Assembly: GCA_951406725.2 (NCBI GenBank)
Contig: OX597821.1
Location: 36,890,001-36,954,000 of the forward strand
Direction of reading: 5' to 3'
DNA from: Octopus vulgaris
Taxonomy: Eukaryota
DNA length: 64,000 nt
Both the position numbers and the translations under genes were made by a program. How positions within the stretch are numbered: position 1 is the first letter of the stretch; each line of letters starts with the position of its first letter. Below the pieces are notes generated by a model. It ran no database searches. It saw only the letters and a list, made by a program, of their open reading frames with translations, and had not been told where the DNA came from. Shown in pieces: positions 54,006 to 64,000 of this stretch.

Positions 54006-57000
54006 CCTCTGTATTTTCTCTCACCTTGTTAGAAAAGTCAAATATATTTTACTTAAACCACACACTAGTATCTTAGGGAAAATGTGGGACACATTTTGGA
54101 TGATGTAGCCCTAGACACCTTACGTCTAAATAAAAATATGATTCCCCAACCCGTGCTAGCGTGGAAAACGGACGTTAAAAGATGATGATGATGAGGATGA
54201 TATGCTTGGATAAATTTGACCTTGGGCTAAACACTAAAAACAACTAGAACTAGAAGATGTTTATTACCTGATAAAGAATAGCAGCATTGTTAATGAGAAT
54301 ATCCACACCTCCATAAGTTTCTTTCAAATATTTTGCTAAAGCAGAAATACTTTTAGAGTCTGTGATCTCAAGTTGATGGAATTTGGGGTGACATCCTTCT
54401 TCATTAAGTTTTGCAATAGCTGCTTCACCACGCCCAACATCACGAGCTTGCAAGAAAAAAAATGGAAGACAGTTGTATTAGACATTTGTATTGATGAAAA
54501 CGTCACACACTGTAGCAGAAAAATTTATTTATTCTGTAGTTTAGATCACTGGTTCTCAACCAGGGTCCAGATAGCTTTTGGGAGGTGGGGTCTGTATAAC
54601 CCTAACCCTAACATTTTGTTGTTAAAATTTGTCTGCAATAAATTGTATTTCTACAGTGCATAAAATGTTTTAACAATTTTTTATGCACTTCCTAAAAATA
54701 TTTAGTTATGAAAATGAAATAGGATCTTTTTTTAAACATCAAATGGCTACGAGGGACCACCCGAGTAAAACTGGATTCAAAGGGGTCCACATGTAAGAAA
54801 TGGTTGAGAACCGATGGTTTAGATTCAAGGAGCTCCGATTACGATGAAGAAAATGATACAAGATATTAACAATATGAACAACACCAAAACTATTAAGGTA
54901 TGTATATACATGGATTGTATTGTGAGGGTATGATCAGTTGGGGGTTAATACTTGATTGATACATGGTTTGTTCTTTTTGTTTTTGTTTTAGACAGCTTTC
55001 TATATAGAATGCCCTTAAACGGTTTGGCTCCCACATGTGTAGCAGCTCGGTCATCTGACAGGGATAATGAATGTTACGGAGTTCCTCTTTGCACCCTCTA
55101 CAGGATTCTGGTATAGCCTTGTATTATTACAGAAGTCATGAGAACATGTATGTCCATGATGATTCCACTAAATCATACATCACAAACTGTTACGTCTACA
55201 CTGATCACATTCCCATGAAGGTGACAACTAGCGAGGTGCCCATCGTCACTGATGCCCCCTGTGCTTCTCCTTCACAAATACTGCTAGACCAGATTATGAG
55301 AAGGTGTGTAATGTATTATTAAATAATTATAATCTAATTTAGGCACAAGACCTATAAACCTGGAATGGAATATCTATCCCAGTTGTTCTCTGGTACTTCA
55401 TTTTGCTGACCTGATCCTGGAGAGGTGGAAGACAAACTGAGGGATTTCAATTCAGAACAGAAAGATCCAGAACAAATACAACAAGGCATTTTGACCAACA
55501 GTGTGATGATTCTGCCGTGGTGCTTCCAGCCTCAATAACAATAATGATTTCAAATATTTCCACATGGGCAGCAATTTTTTTGCGGGGGTTGGGGGAATGA
55601 GGCGATTACATCGACCCCAGTGTTCAACTGCTAGTTATTTTATTGGCCCTGAAAGAATGAAAGGTAAAGTCGACCTTGGTGGGATTTGAACTCAGATCAG
55701 AGCAACAGGCGAAATATTGCAAAGCATTTTGTCCAGCCTGCTAACAATTCTGCCGGTTCACCACCTTAATAATAATAATAATAATAAAGGAGCACTAGGA
55801 ATGATCAAGAAGGGAACCGAAAATTATATCAGAATGATCCCTGGCTTACCATCCCTGCAAGAAGTGCAAAAGATTGTCTTAACTGGTACATCACACGTAT
55901 TGAGAAGAGCATTGTCGATGTGAGAACTATTACTACCCATGTATTCTAATTTTACTTTATTTCTATCAAAACAAAAAAAAACTAGTGAGTTTAGTTTAAT
56001 GGCCTACCAATGTATACAATGAGTTTCTTTGCCCTAGGAGTCAGGAAGACAGCCCGCAAGAAATGGAAGCAGATTTGAAAGAAGAAGAAAAACCCATAAA
56101 CAATAAAAATAATAATAATAATAATAGTTGTGGTGATTGTAAAACAATAACAATAAGTTCTTCTAAGTAAAATAACAAACTTACCTGTTGCTATCACATC
56201 TCCTTTGAACTTCTTACACAGATTTCTGACAATGGCATAGCCAATCCCTTTGTTACTTCCTGTTACCTGATGAGGAAGCAAATTGAAAAATTATTAAATG
56301 TAAAAAATCTTTGTGTTAAGTATAAATTTTATTACTATTAAACACATCTTCAGAGATGGAAGCATAGTTACAATGCTTCCGTTCCCTGTGTCATATCGAC
56401 ATGAGAAATTGTTGAAGAGGCGGAGGGGTAAATATAAATGATAGAGCTCCATATTATAAACATTATCATGTATTGTGCCCATTGTGGGCCAGAGAGAGAG
56501 AGAGAGTATTTCTTTATTCACCATAAGGTTGAGAAAAAGAGGGGACAATACGGGGACAGACAAAACAAACGTTGGGGTCAGGGTGTCGAATAAGACGAAA
56601 CGTATGAATAAACAAACAATTAAAATATATATAATGAGTGATTAACAAAAAATGAAGCAGAGGATGCGGTTGACCCCACAAACCACATACTCACACTGAA
56701 GACTTTGCTTTCTCCTTTTTTTACATTCTCGTTTAAACAGGTTCTTTCACTTGCAACATACTTGCTATATACTTCCATCTTTTACGAAACACACTTTGCG
56801 ACAGGCATTTCTTCTCCAGCCTTATTTTCTGTTTCATATGGAAAATGAAAAAGTCGATTAGCTCGAGACTGGAGATAAATATGCCTGTTGCAATTCCTTT
56901 CACTCTCGTCTTCCATACTACCTCTATCGCCCCAGCAACTACCGAGAGAAAACAGGCTCGCTCCTCCCTACTCAGGGAGGTCGGCGGAACGATCTTAATT

Positions 57001-59798
57001 ACAGATTCGCTCGACAGTTGTACTCTTCTCGAATGCGACAGCAGGTGTTCGACATAAGCCCAGAGTTCAGTCACCTTGGCGCATTGCACAATCGCATGCA
57101 GGACAGTTTCACTGTCCCTCTCACATCTTGCACAAACCGACGAAGGTGCACACCTATGTCTAAAGAGCTTATCTCAAACCGGTAAAGCTCCTCTGTAACA
57201 TTGCCAGGCCAGGGACTTTTAGTAATTATCCATAGGCCCTGGACTGAATGTTCTTTGGAATAGTCTGGCCAGTTGATCTTCGTCGAAGCCCAGAGTTTCA
57301 CCCAGGACGTCGTTACACTTAAATTCTACTAACCCTCTATAGAAGAACGAGGTAGTATCCCCGCTACCGGCGTTGCCCGACTGGGAGAGAGGCATGAGTG
57401 CCTGATGGCACTCTACATGCCACATGCCCAACCTCGGTCTACACTTGATCCATGGGTTCAGTTTGGTAAACGATGTGAACTGTGGAAATAATAGCTTGAC
57501 GAACGGAGACCACACCTGCTCACCGTCCAAGTAAAGCCAGAGGTGCCTAAGCCTGAGCGCATGTCTGCGCATTTTTAGCCACGGCATCCCTAACCCACCC
57601 TTCAGCGGCTTTTTGCAGCAAATAGAGTGCCTTACAAGAGGTCTGCTGCCCCTCCACAAAAAGCGAAAGAGCATGCGTTCCAGCTTGTTCAGCCACAAAT
57701 CAGGGCAAGGCACGACGGTCAGGCGGTAAATGATTACAGAGGCGATAAACACCTCTGCAACCTCCGCCCCCCCCCTTTCAAGGACAGCTTCCGCTCAGAC
57801 CAGGTCTGAGTTAGGAGAGCCACCTTTCTCGCCACCTCGCTCCAATTCTTCTCTATCTGGAGATCCGGACCTAACCAGATTCCAAGCATTTTCACTGGCC
57901 CTTCCGTCCAACGTCCTACGACGTTGTCGGAAGACATCGACTTGCCCCTCCAGGTGCCGAGTTGCAAGCCGACCGATTTATCCCGGTTGACTTTCGCTCC
58001 TGCCACCGCTTTGTAATCCCTTAAGGCCTCACCCACCCACTGTAGGTGCTCAACCCGGGATACGATGACGGTGATGTCATCCGCATATGCCGAAGCTGAC
58101 TTTCCGCACCCTAGATCTTACGGAGTGCCCCTCATAGTTTCCAACCTCCTCAGCAACGGCTCGAGGGCCAAAACGTAGAGAAACTGGGATCGTAAAGACT
58201 GCAATAAAGTTTAAAAACTATGCCCTCACTAACAAAAAGTGAAATAGAAATGCCTTATAGCGAGTCAAGCAGGCTGAAGCAAAAGCAGTTGATTGAGAAA
58301 ATCGTTAGAGCATCAAAGAAATAAGCTGCAGTAATTGCTCTGGCTCTTTGATCCCAAGTTTTCTGTCCTTCCAGGATCAATAAATAAGCATTGATGGTGG
58401 ATGCATGTAAACAAAAGAGTGAAGGAAGAGAGAGGCTGAAAAAGTTAAAGGGTGCAAGACGTTCTTTATTATATAGATCCATTCACGAGTGTTTAAAAGT
58501 CGTATTCTAGATTATGCATGTACATAAACAACGTCAAGTTCATTTTAGCTATCCCTTAATCTTTTATTTGTTTTAATCATTATACAGTGAGGCATTTTCT
58601 TGAAGGTTTAGTCCAGTGGTTTTCAACTGGAGTCTATATGGCCCCTGAAGTTCCATATAAGATTTTTGAGGATTCACACAACAAAACAGTAAATTGGGAT
58701 CCACGATAATATTTTAAGCTCACCAGAAAAATTTTACTTTCGATGTATGCATATGCATATATTGCAAGAAACGGCTAGGTTTCTTTCTCTAGCATTTTAC
58801 ATAGTTCAACCTAAACAAGTTAATGTGTGAAACAACAAAAGAAGAATTATTGAAAGAAGTCTCTATAAAACAAGTTTTAAACATCGAATAGCTAATAGGG
58901 GTCTATAGATAAAAAAAATGGTTGAGAACTCCTAGTTTAGTCGAACAGATCAACTCCTGTACATATTTTAAAGCCCGGCGCTTATTCTATCGGTCTCATT
59001 GACCAAACTGCTAAGTTGAAGAGAATTTTTTTTATTTGCTTCAGTCAATTGACTGCAGCCATGCTGGAGCACCGCCTTTAGTCTATCAAATCGACCCCGG
59101 GACTTATTCTTTTGTAAGCCTAGTACTTATTCTATCGGTCTCTTTTGCCGAACCACTAAGTGACGGGGACATAAACACACCAGCATCGGTTATCAAGCAA
59201 TGATAGGGGGACAAACACAGACACACAAACATACGCACACACATATATACATATATACGACAGGCTTCTTTTCAGTTTCCAGCTACCAAATCCACTCACA
59301 AGGCTTTGGTCGGCCCGAGGCTATAATAGAAAACACTTGCCCAAGGTTCCTCGCTGTGGGAATGAATCTGGAACCATGAGGTTGGTAAGCAAGCAACTTA
59401 CCACACAGCCACTCCTGTCAAGTGGTAGTTAGGACAAACACAATACACATACATACAACGGGTTTCCACATAATTTATTTCTACCCAATTCATTCACAAG
59501 ACACGGGTCGGCATGATGCAACAGTAGAAGACACTTTCTCAGGATGCCTCGCAGTGGGATTGAACCCAGAACAATGTGGCTACAAAGCGAGCTTCTTAAC
59601 CACGCAATCATGCAGCCATAGCTGTGCCTTCTGAGAGTTCTTAGAATAAATTTGTATGCATGTTTCCTTGTTCATATTTTTAAAAAAATACATCAATTCT
59701 ATTTAAATGAATAAATATGTGTATGAATTGAAGAAGCTTATTGTTGTGCTTATGAGAAATAACGTTATCAGGTCACTTACCACTGCTACTTGTACCAT
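32106..59798 (-). CDS. CBR1: Carbonyl reductase [NADPH] 1/3-like, gene C, complete, 8 coding exons, 277 aa
   Basis: Exons 59798-59781, 56266-56185, 54446-54268, 48947-48835, 47380-47252, 44539-44389, 36251-36188 and 32203-32106 sum to 834 nt in frame with no stops. Intron phases match gene B. Confidence 0.94.
32345..34996 (+). mobile_element. RTE-clade LINE, 5'-truncated (copy 2), in gene C last intron
   Basis: ORFs 32533..33177, 33196..33972 and 33935..34357 encode RT pieces broken by stops/frameshifts; 3' repeat units; (GAT)n tail. Confidence 0.95.
35735..35953. mobile_element. hAT (Charlie-like) MITE
   Basis: TIR cagtggttttcaa / ttgaaaagcactg; 8-bp TSD atgtagac. Confidence 0.85.
36188..36251 (-). 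CDS. CBR1: Gene C exon 7 ([21 protein letters not shown])
   Basis: tag|...|gtaaaa; 64 nt. Confidence 0.92.
38252..39219. mobile_element. Foldback-like element with ~230-bp imperfect inverted arms and a SINE in the middle
   Basis: 38300-38515 is the reverse complement of 38972-39185; sub-repeat aaaatggatattttttaatgaaat; related pieces at 29345-29610, 62576-62842, 63250-63510. Confidence 0.7.
39930..42044 (+). mobile_element. pogo/Fot1-like (Tc1/mariner superfamily) DNA transposon, internally deleted
   Basis: TA TSD; TIR GGGGAGACCGGGGCAAGTTGAC / GTCAACTAACCCCGGTCTCCCC; psq- and CENP-B-type HTHs, [35 protein letters not shown]-terminal PHD. Confidence 0.88.
40701..41790 (+). pseudogene. Disrupted pogo-like transposase (HTH + PHD, no DDE domain)
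   Basis: One +1 frameshift in an A-run near 41030; in-frame TAG at 41632-41634; catalytic domain missing. Confidence 0.8.
42159..42600 (-). mobile_element. Non-autonomous Helitron 3' end with degenerate ~180-bp internal tandem units
   Basis: Minus strand cccgggcaacgctggactatactgCTAGt resembles the Helitron subterminal hairpin plus CTAG|T; units at ~42197-42370 and ~42375-42550. Confidence 0.55.
43380..44338 (+). mobile_element. hAT transposon 3' fragment (dimerisation domain plus subterminal repeats)
   Basis: [39 protein letters not shown]; repeated ttagtgg motifs at 44206-44310. Confidence 0.7.
44389..44539 (-). CDS. CBR1: Gene C exon 6 ([24 protein letters not shown]...IVVNA)
   Basis: 151 nt (9 nt longer than B); YGVSK intact. 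Confidence 0.94.
47252..47380 (-). CDS. CBR1: Gene C exon 5 ([43 protein letters not shown])
   Basis: tag|...|gtaagt; 129 nt as in B. Confidence 0.93.
48835..48947 (-). CDS. CBR1: Gene C exon 4 ([38 protein letters not shown])
   Basis: tag|...|gtattt; 113 nt as in B. Confidence 0.93.
49263..52448 (-). mobile_element. RTE-clade LINE, 5'-truncated (copy 3, best preserved), in gene C intron 3
   Basis: ORFs 51479..52450, 50746..51489 and 50395..50724 are separated only by one frameshift and one TAG; full RT motifs including YADD; (GAT)n tail. Confidence 0.96.
49435..50349 (-). repeat. 15-unit ~61-bp minisatellite in the RTE 3' region, mostly alternating two unit types
   Basis: (c/t)ttttacgt anchors at 49435, 49496, 49556, 49617, 49678, 49740, 49801, 49862, 49923, 49985, 50046, 50107, 50168, 50228, 50289. 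Confidence 0.95.
52732..53148 (-). mobile_element. RTE 3'-end module with 3-4 repeat units
   Basis: (GAT)n tail; nearly identical to 62862-63153. Confidence 0.82.
54268..54446 (-). CDS. CBR1: Gene C exon 3 (ARDVGRG...INNAAILYQ)
   Basis: ORF 54250..54453; 179 nt as in B. Confidence 0.95.
54547..54816. mobile_element. hAT MITE
   Basis: cactggttctcaac / gttgagaaccgatg; TSD gtttagat. Confidence 0.8.
55787..56105 (+). mobile_element. Dong/R4-like non-LTR 3' fragment within (TAA)n
   Basis: GALG.IKK......I..IPG......[16 protein letters not shown] is a typical R4/Dong C-terminus; (AAT)n on both sides. Confidence 0.7.
56185..56266 (-). CDS. CBR1: Gene C exon 2 ([27 protein letters not shown])
   Basis: Start of ORF 55991..56281; 82 nt as in B. 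Confidence 0.95.
56507..58183 (-). mobile_element. Tx1/L1-clade LINE, 5'-truncated, in gene C intron 1
   Basis: [48 protein letters not shown], zf-[13 protein letters not shown]; 3' AATAAA then (CT)n. Confidence 0.9.
58614..58934. mobile_element. hAT MITE inserted into an old SINE
   Basis: cagtggttttcaac / gttgagaactccta; TSD gtttagtc. Confidence 0.75.
59030..59416 (-). mobile_element. CORE-like SINE
   Basis: Copy of the 5556-5950 family. Confidence 0.82.
59781..59798 (-). CDS. CBR1: Gene C coding exon 1 (MVQVAV)
   Basis: ATGGTACAAGTAGCAGTG|gtaagt. Confidence 0.85.
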
Positions 59799-60059
59799 TC
59801 TTAACGCTTCGAGTAGTGTTCTATTTGTGAACTTTATTCTAATTTATTGAAGAGTTATATATATATGTACATGTCAAAATTTGTTGACTGTGGTATTTGT
59901 GTAGGTGGGTGAGAAGACCTAGATATAGTATTGCTGGGAAGTGACCTGCTTCTCGAGCAGTAATTCATTTCCCGCCATTATTCTGTCATTCTGTCATTCT
60001 CTCTTTCTTTCTTTCTTTCTCATCATGCAACAGCAGTCAGTAACACTAAATACGCTAAT

Positions 60060-61958
60060 ACCCGGATGAAATACACTGATAAGGTTGGGGGTGTGGATAT
60101 ACTTCTTGCGAAGAAATGGGTTAATAAGATAATCTAGGTTGTCAGAGTCTATGATAGCATACTTAAGCTTAGACTAGTGCTGCAACATGAATTAGCAACC
60201 ATTATCTTGGCTTATGCCCCTCAACCAGGGCTACTTGATGAACAGAAGACCGATTTTATGACACCATCTTGCAGACTACTCGTCGACGAATGACAGGGAC
60301 CTTCTCTTTGTAGATAGCGACTTCAACGGACATGTTGATGGCTACGGACTTGTCTCCCGCAATGAGGAGGGAACCAGGCTGCTGGAGTTATGTGATGCAA
60401 ATGATCTTATGATCTGTAATACTAACTTCAAGAAACCTGCCAGTCAACTACCAGTCTGATGGACACACTAGTCAGATTGACAACATTCTTGCCAGGAAAC
60501 GGGAAAGATAGCTACTTATAAATGCCAAAACCTTCCCAGTCGAAGAATGCAGCCCACAACATAGGTTACTAGTTAGCGACTTTAGGATCAGCACTAAATG
60601 GATACCCAGAAGACGACCAGCATCGAAAAGAAGGTTCTGGGGGCATAAGGATCCTCCCAATGGACAGAGATTTAGAGACGTATTACTTGAAGATTTTGAC
60701 GAAAAAGAGGATAGTATGAAGGACATCTGAAGTTTCCTATGGGAAAACCAGTTCAGGGGTACTGACCAGATCTGTGGATGGTGCAAAGTCCCTTCTCGAC
60801 CCAAGGTAATGTGGTGGTGGAACAATGTAGTTGACAGGGTCATTAGGGAAAAGAAACAGGCATGGAAGAACTGGAAGAATGGTAGTAGAAGGGAACCATA
60901 TCACATCGCCAAAAGGGAAGCTAGGAGGCAGGTTTACTTAGCCAGAGGGGGAGCAGATGAGAAAAAATTTGCCAATGGTCTGTGTCGTAAGGACCAAAGA
61001 CTTGAAGTGTTTCATATTGCAAGACAATGTGTGAGAGAGACTCGGAGACACTATTACGAAAGGTTGCTAAATGAAGAGAATGAACAGGAGAAAGAAAGCC
61101 TGCCAAATGTCGACCCAACAGAGGGACCAGCTATTCAAATCAGCAGCGTCTTGATAGATAAAGCAATTAAAGGTATGAAGGCAGGGAGAGCCCCCGGTCC
61201 ATCAGGAATCACTGCAGCGATACTTAAAATATCTGGCGGTGTAGGCTCTAGTCTAATCACCCGTATAGTCAATCAGGTGATACACGAAAGTGTCATACCT
61301 AATGACTGATGCAGCAGCACCATAGCCAACTGCTGCAAAGGTAAAGATGAGGCATTAGATAGAAATAATTAGAGGTATCAAATTGATGGATCGGGTGATG
61401 AAAGTCACGGAGAGGGTCATAGCCCAACCAACTAGGGAGAAAGTTAGTTTAGGCGAGATGCAGTTTGGGGTTTGTGCCAGGCAGAAGCACCACTGATGTT
61501 ATATTTCTGGTAAGACAGCTGCAGGAGAAATTCCTAGCCAAAGATAAACCTCTGTACTTGGCTTTCACTGACATGGAGTCCTTTCGACAGGGTCCCCCGA
61601 TCCCTTATCTGGTGGTCAATGCGGAAACTAGAGAAATATGAGTGGTTAGTGAAAGCTGTACAAGCCATGCACAAAGGGTGTCGCGAAAGGCATGACTGCA
61701 GGTCCAGCCTTCCGGTTGGCAATGAGTATAGCGAAGAATTCCGGGTAGAAGTAGGGGTCCACAAAGGATAAGTCCTCAACCTCCTCTTATTCATCATAGT
61801 CCTCTAGGCAATAACAGAAATTTAAGACAGGCTGTCTCCAGGAGCTCCTCTATGTTGATGACCTTGCTCTAAGGAAGGCAGACAAATCACAAATCCTTTT
61901 AGGTAGATGGCCCTGCTCAATCTGCAGAAAAGGCATAGGTAGAAACTCCATAAGATGT
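60060..61958 (+). mobile_element. Decayed RTE LINE (copy 4) with APE endonuclease and RT remnants, just upstream of gene C
   Basis: GGV.ILL..KWV, AYAPQPG, DFNGHV, NEEGTRLLELCDANDL, SQIDNIL, then WWWNN..., RT motifs; many stops. Confidence 0.85.
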
Positions 61959-62861
61959 ATATTTTCCAATGAGTTCGTTTTTGTTTAACACGTAAGGATT
62001 GTTTTAAAGCAATTTGACTGATATTTCCTATTTCTAGGTCATGTGACCACTTAGATGTTCCATCGTTGGTTCGATGTTTATTGAATTAGATTTTAGAAGT
62101 TAATATTTACAAATAAATTAAGAAATATAAATAGTTTCTTTTTATTTTTTGTATTAAAATCTTCAGAACTATACAAACTGGGGCAGCCATGGTGAACCAT
62201 TAAATCCGGCGTGTCGAATTTTCTGGGTTTTTTTTTAAATAACCCTCTTATTAGTGTGCTTTACATTCAAGCAAATGCAAATAGATAAACGGGTTACTTA
62301 AATACAGCTTGAAATTTTAAAACATGCTTCTGAATCTAAGGTGAAACTAAATATTAGTTACCTAGATTTTTTGCAAACAACTTACAAAAGCAATCGCTAC
62401 CAGTTGAAAGCTCCACGTACTGCAGCACATTATGTTATGATTAAATTGTTCAAACCCTGTGAGACAGTGTAATAATCAACACGGAAAAGAAAAACAATGC
62501 TTACAGTTTTATTTGCACATAGGGTCAGTATACGAAGGGGTGCTAAAAAGTTCCTGGCTTTAAAGGGTCGCAGAAAACTCGCAAAAAAATGGATATTTTT
62601 TAATGAAATCTTTTACGAATAGGCTTCAGATTATGTAGATTCCAGTTATATCAGAATGAGTTGTGAAAACATTTTTATGTGGTTGGTGAGAGGAATTTCG
62701 GAAAATTCACATGAGTCGGTTTTGTTTCCTAAGAAGCTTAAGAAAAATGTTTTGGTGAATTTTTTTTTTACAAATTTTTACACTCTAATGAGTGAGTAGA
62801 TTACAATTATATTGGATTTTGATATGAAAAATTAAAAAAATTGGTGGGCTCGCATACATAC

Positions 62862-63153
62862 ATCATCATCATCATCATCATCGTTTAACGTCCGTTCTCC
62901 ATGCTAGCATGGGTTGGACGGTTCGACCGGGGATCTGGGAAGCCAGAAGGCTGCACCAGGCTCCGGTCTTATTTGGTAATGTTTCTACAGCTGGATGCCC
63001 TTCCTAACACCAACCACTCCGTGAGTGTAGTGGGTGCTTTTTATGTGCCACCTGCACTGGTGCCAGGCGAGGCTGGCATCGGCCACGGTCGGATTGGTGC
63101 ATTTTACGTGCCACATGCACGGAAGCCAGTCGAGGTGGCACTGGCTTCAGCCA
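62862..63153 (-). mobile_element. RTE 3'-end module
   Basis: (GAT)n tail; near-identical to 52732-53030. Confidence 0.8.
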
Positions 63154-64000
63154 CATACATATTGACATATATCTCATATCTCGGCATTCTATAAGATGAA
63201 ACTTGAAATTTTGAAAAAATTATGATGCATGTCAGTATGTATGTGTGCACACTCACCATTTTCCTTTTCACATCAAATTCTGATATAATCATAATTTAGA
63301 CACTCTGTATGGTTTTTATAGAAAATTCTGTTTAAAAGTATCCATTTTTTCTGAAAGTCATGAGAAAACAAATCTGACTCTTTTGAATTTTCTGAAGCTC
63401 CTCTCCCCACTCTCCCAGAAAAATTTTCCACAACAAATTATAATATAAACGGAATCTACACTGTCTGAAGCATATTTGTAGAATATTTCGTTGAAAAATA
63501 TCCATTTTATCCATGCAGCTAAAACCTTGAACAAAGCTGCATAGAAATGTTTACCTTGGATGAATATGTACTGCAGCAGAACCAACTAAATGCACATAAC
63601 TGCTACAACCAAGGACATTAGGACACTTATGCAGCAGAATCATGTTGGATTGGAATCTAAATGTGAATTTAATGAGAATACTTTAATAAACAAATGAGAA
63701 CCCAGGTTCGAAATTTCCCCAAAACACCTAATGAAAGCTGGAAGGTATATCAGATGAAATGTGTTAACAACTAACTAGATGAGGACAAATATCAGTCAAA
63801 TGTAAATAATATAAATAACGTACATAATTCCTCATCTCTTAAATATAGAACTGTATTTGATAAACAAATTTGAAAACATGGAAAGAGTCAACTACCATCC
63901 TGCTTCATAAGAAAGGTGATAAAGGAGATTTAAGAAACTATCACCCCATGTACCTCTTGTCTCACTTCCATCAGCTGTTTATGAAGCTGATAGTCAGCAA

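Overview
AT-rich, microsatellite- and SINE-dense animal genomic DNA. The repeat families look like octopus/coleoid cephalopod; this is an inference from recognised SINE/RTE sequence. The window holds a cluster of three paralogous carbonyl reductase [NADPH] 1-like (CBR1/CBR3-type SDR) genes, reconstructed by hand from GT-AG exons. Gene A (+) shows only its last two exons (768-2545). Gene B (-) is complete, with 8 coding exons (28346-11432, 274 aa), and lies tail-to-tail with A. Gene C (-) is complete, with 8 coding exons (59798-32106, 277 aa), lies in tandem with B, and has a remodelled active site. The rest is transposon-derived. It includes four RTE-clade LINE copies whose reverse transcriptase carries an inserted C4HC3 PHD finger and whose 3' end carries an array of ~61-bp structured units with a compensatory base-pair change. 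It also includes a Tx1/L1 LINE sharing its 3' tail with a local SINE family, CRE- and Dong/R4-like fragments, a pogo/Fot1-like DNA transposon lacking its DDE domain, hAT/piggyBac/mariner MITEs, a Helitron end, several tRNA-derived SINE families and hammerhead-like remnants. Most short ORFs in the supplied track are spurious. Nothing was checked against databases.
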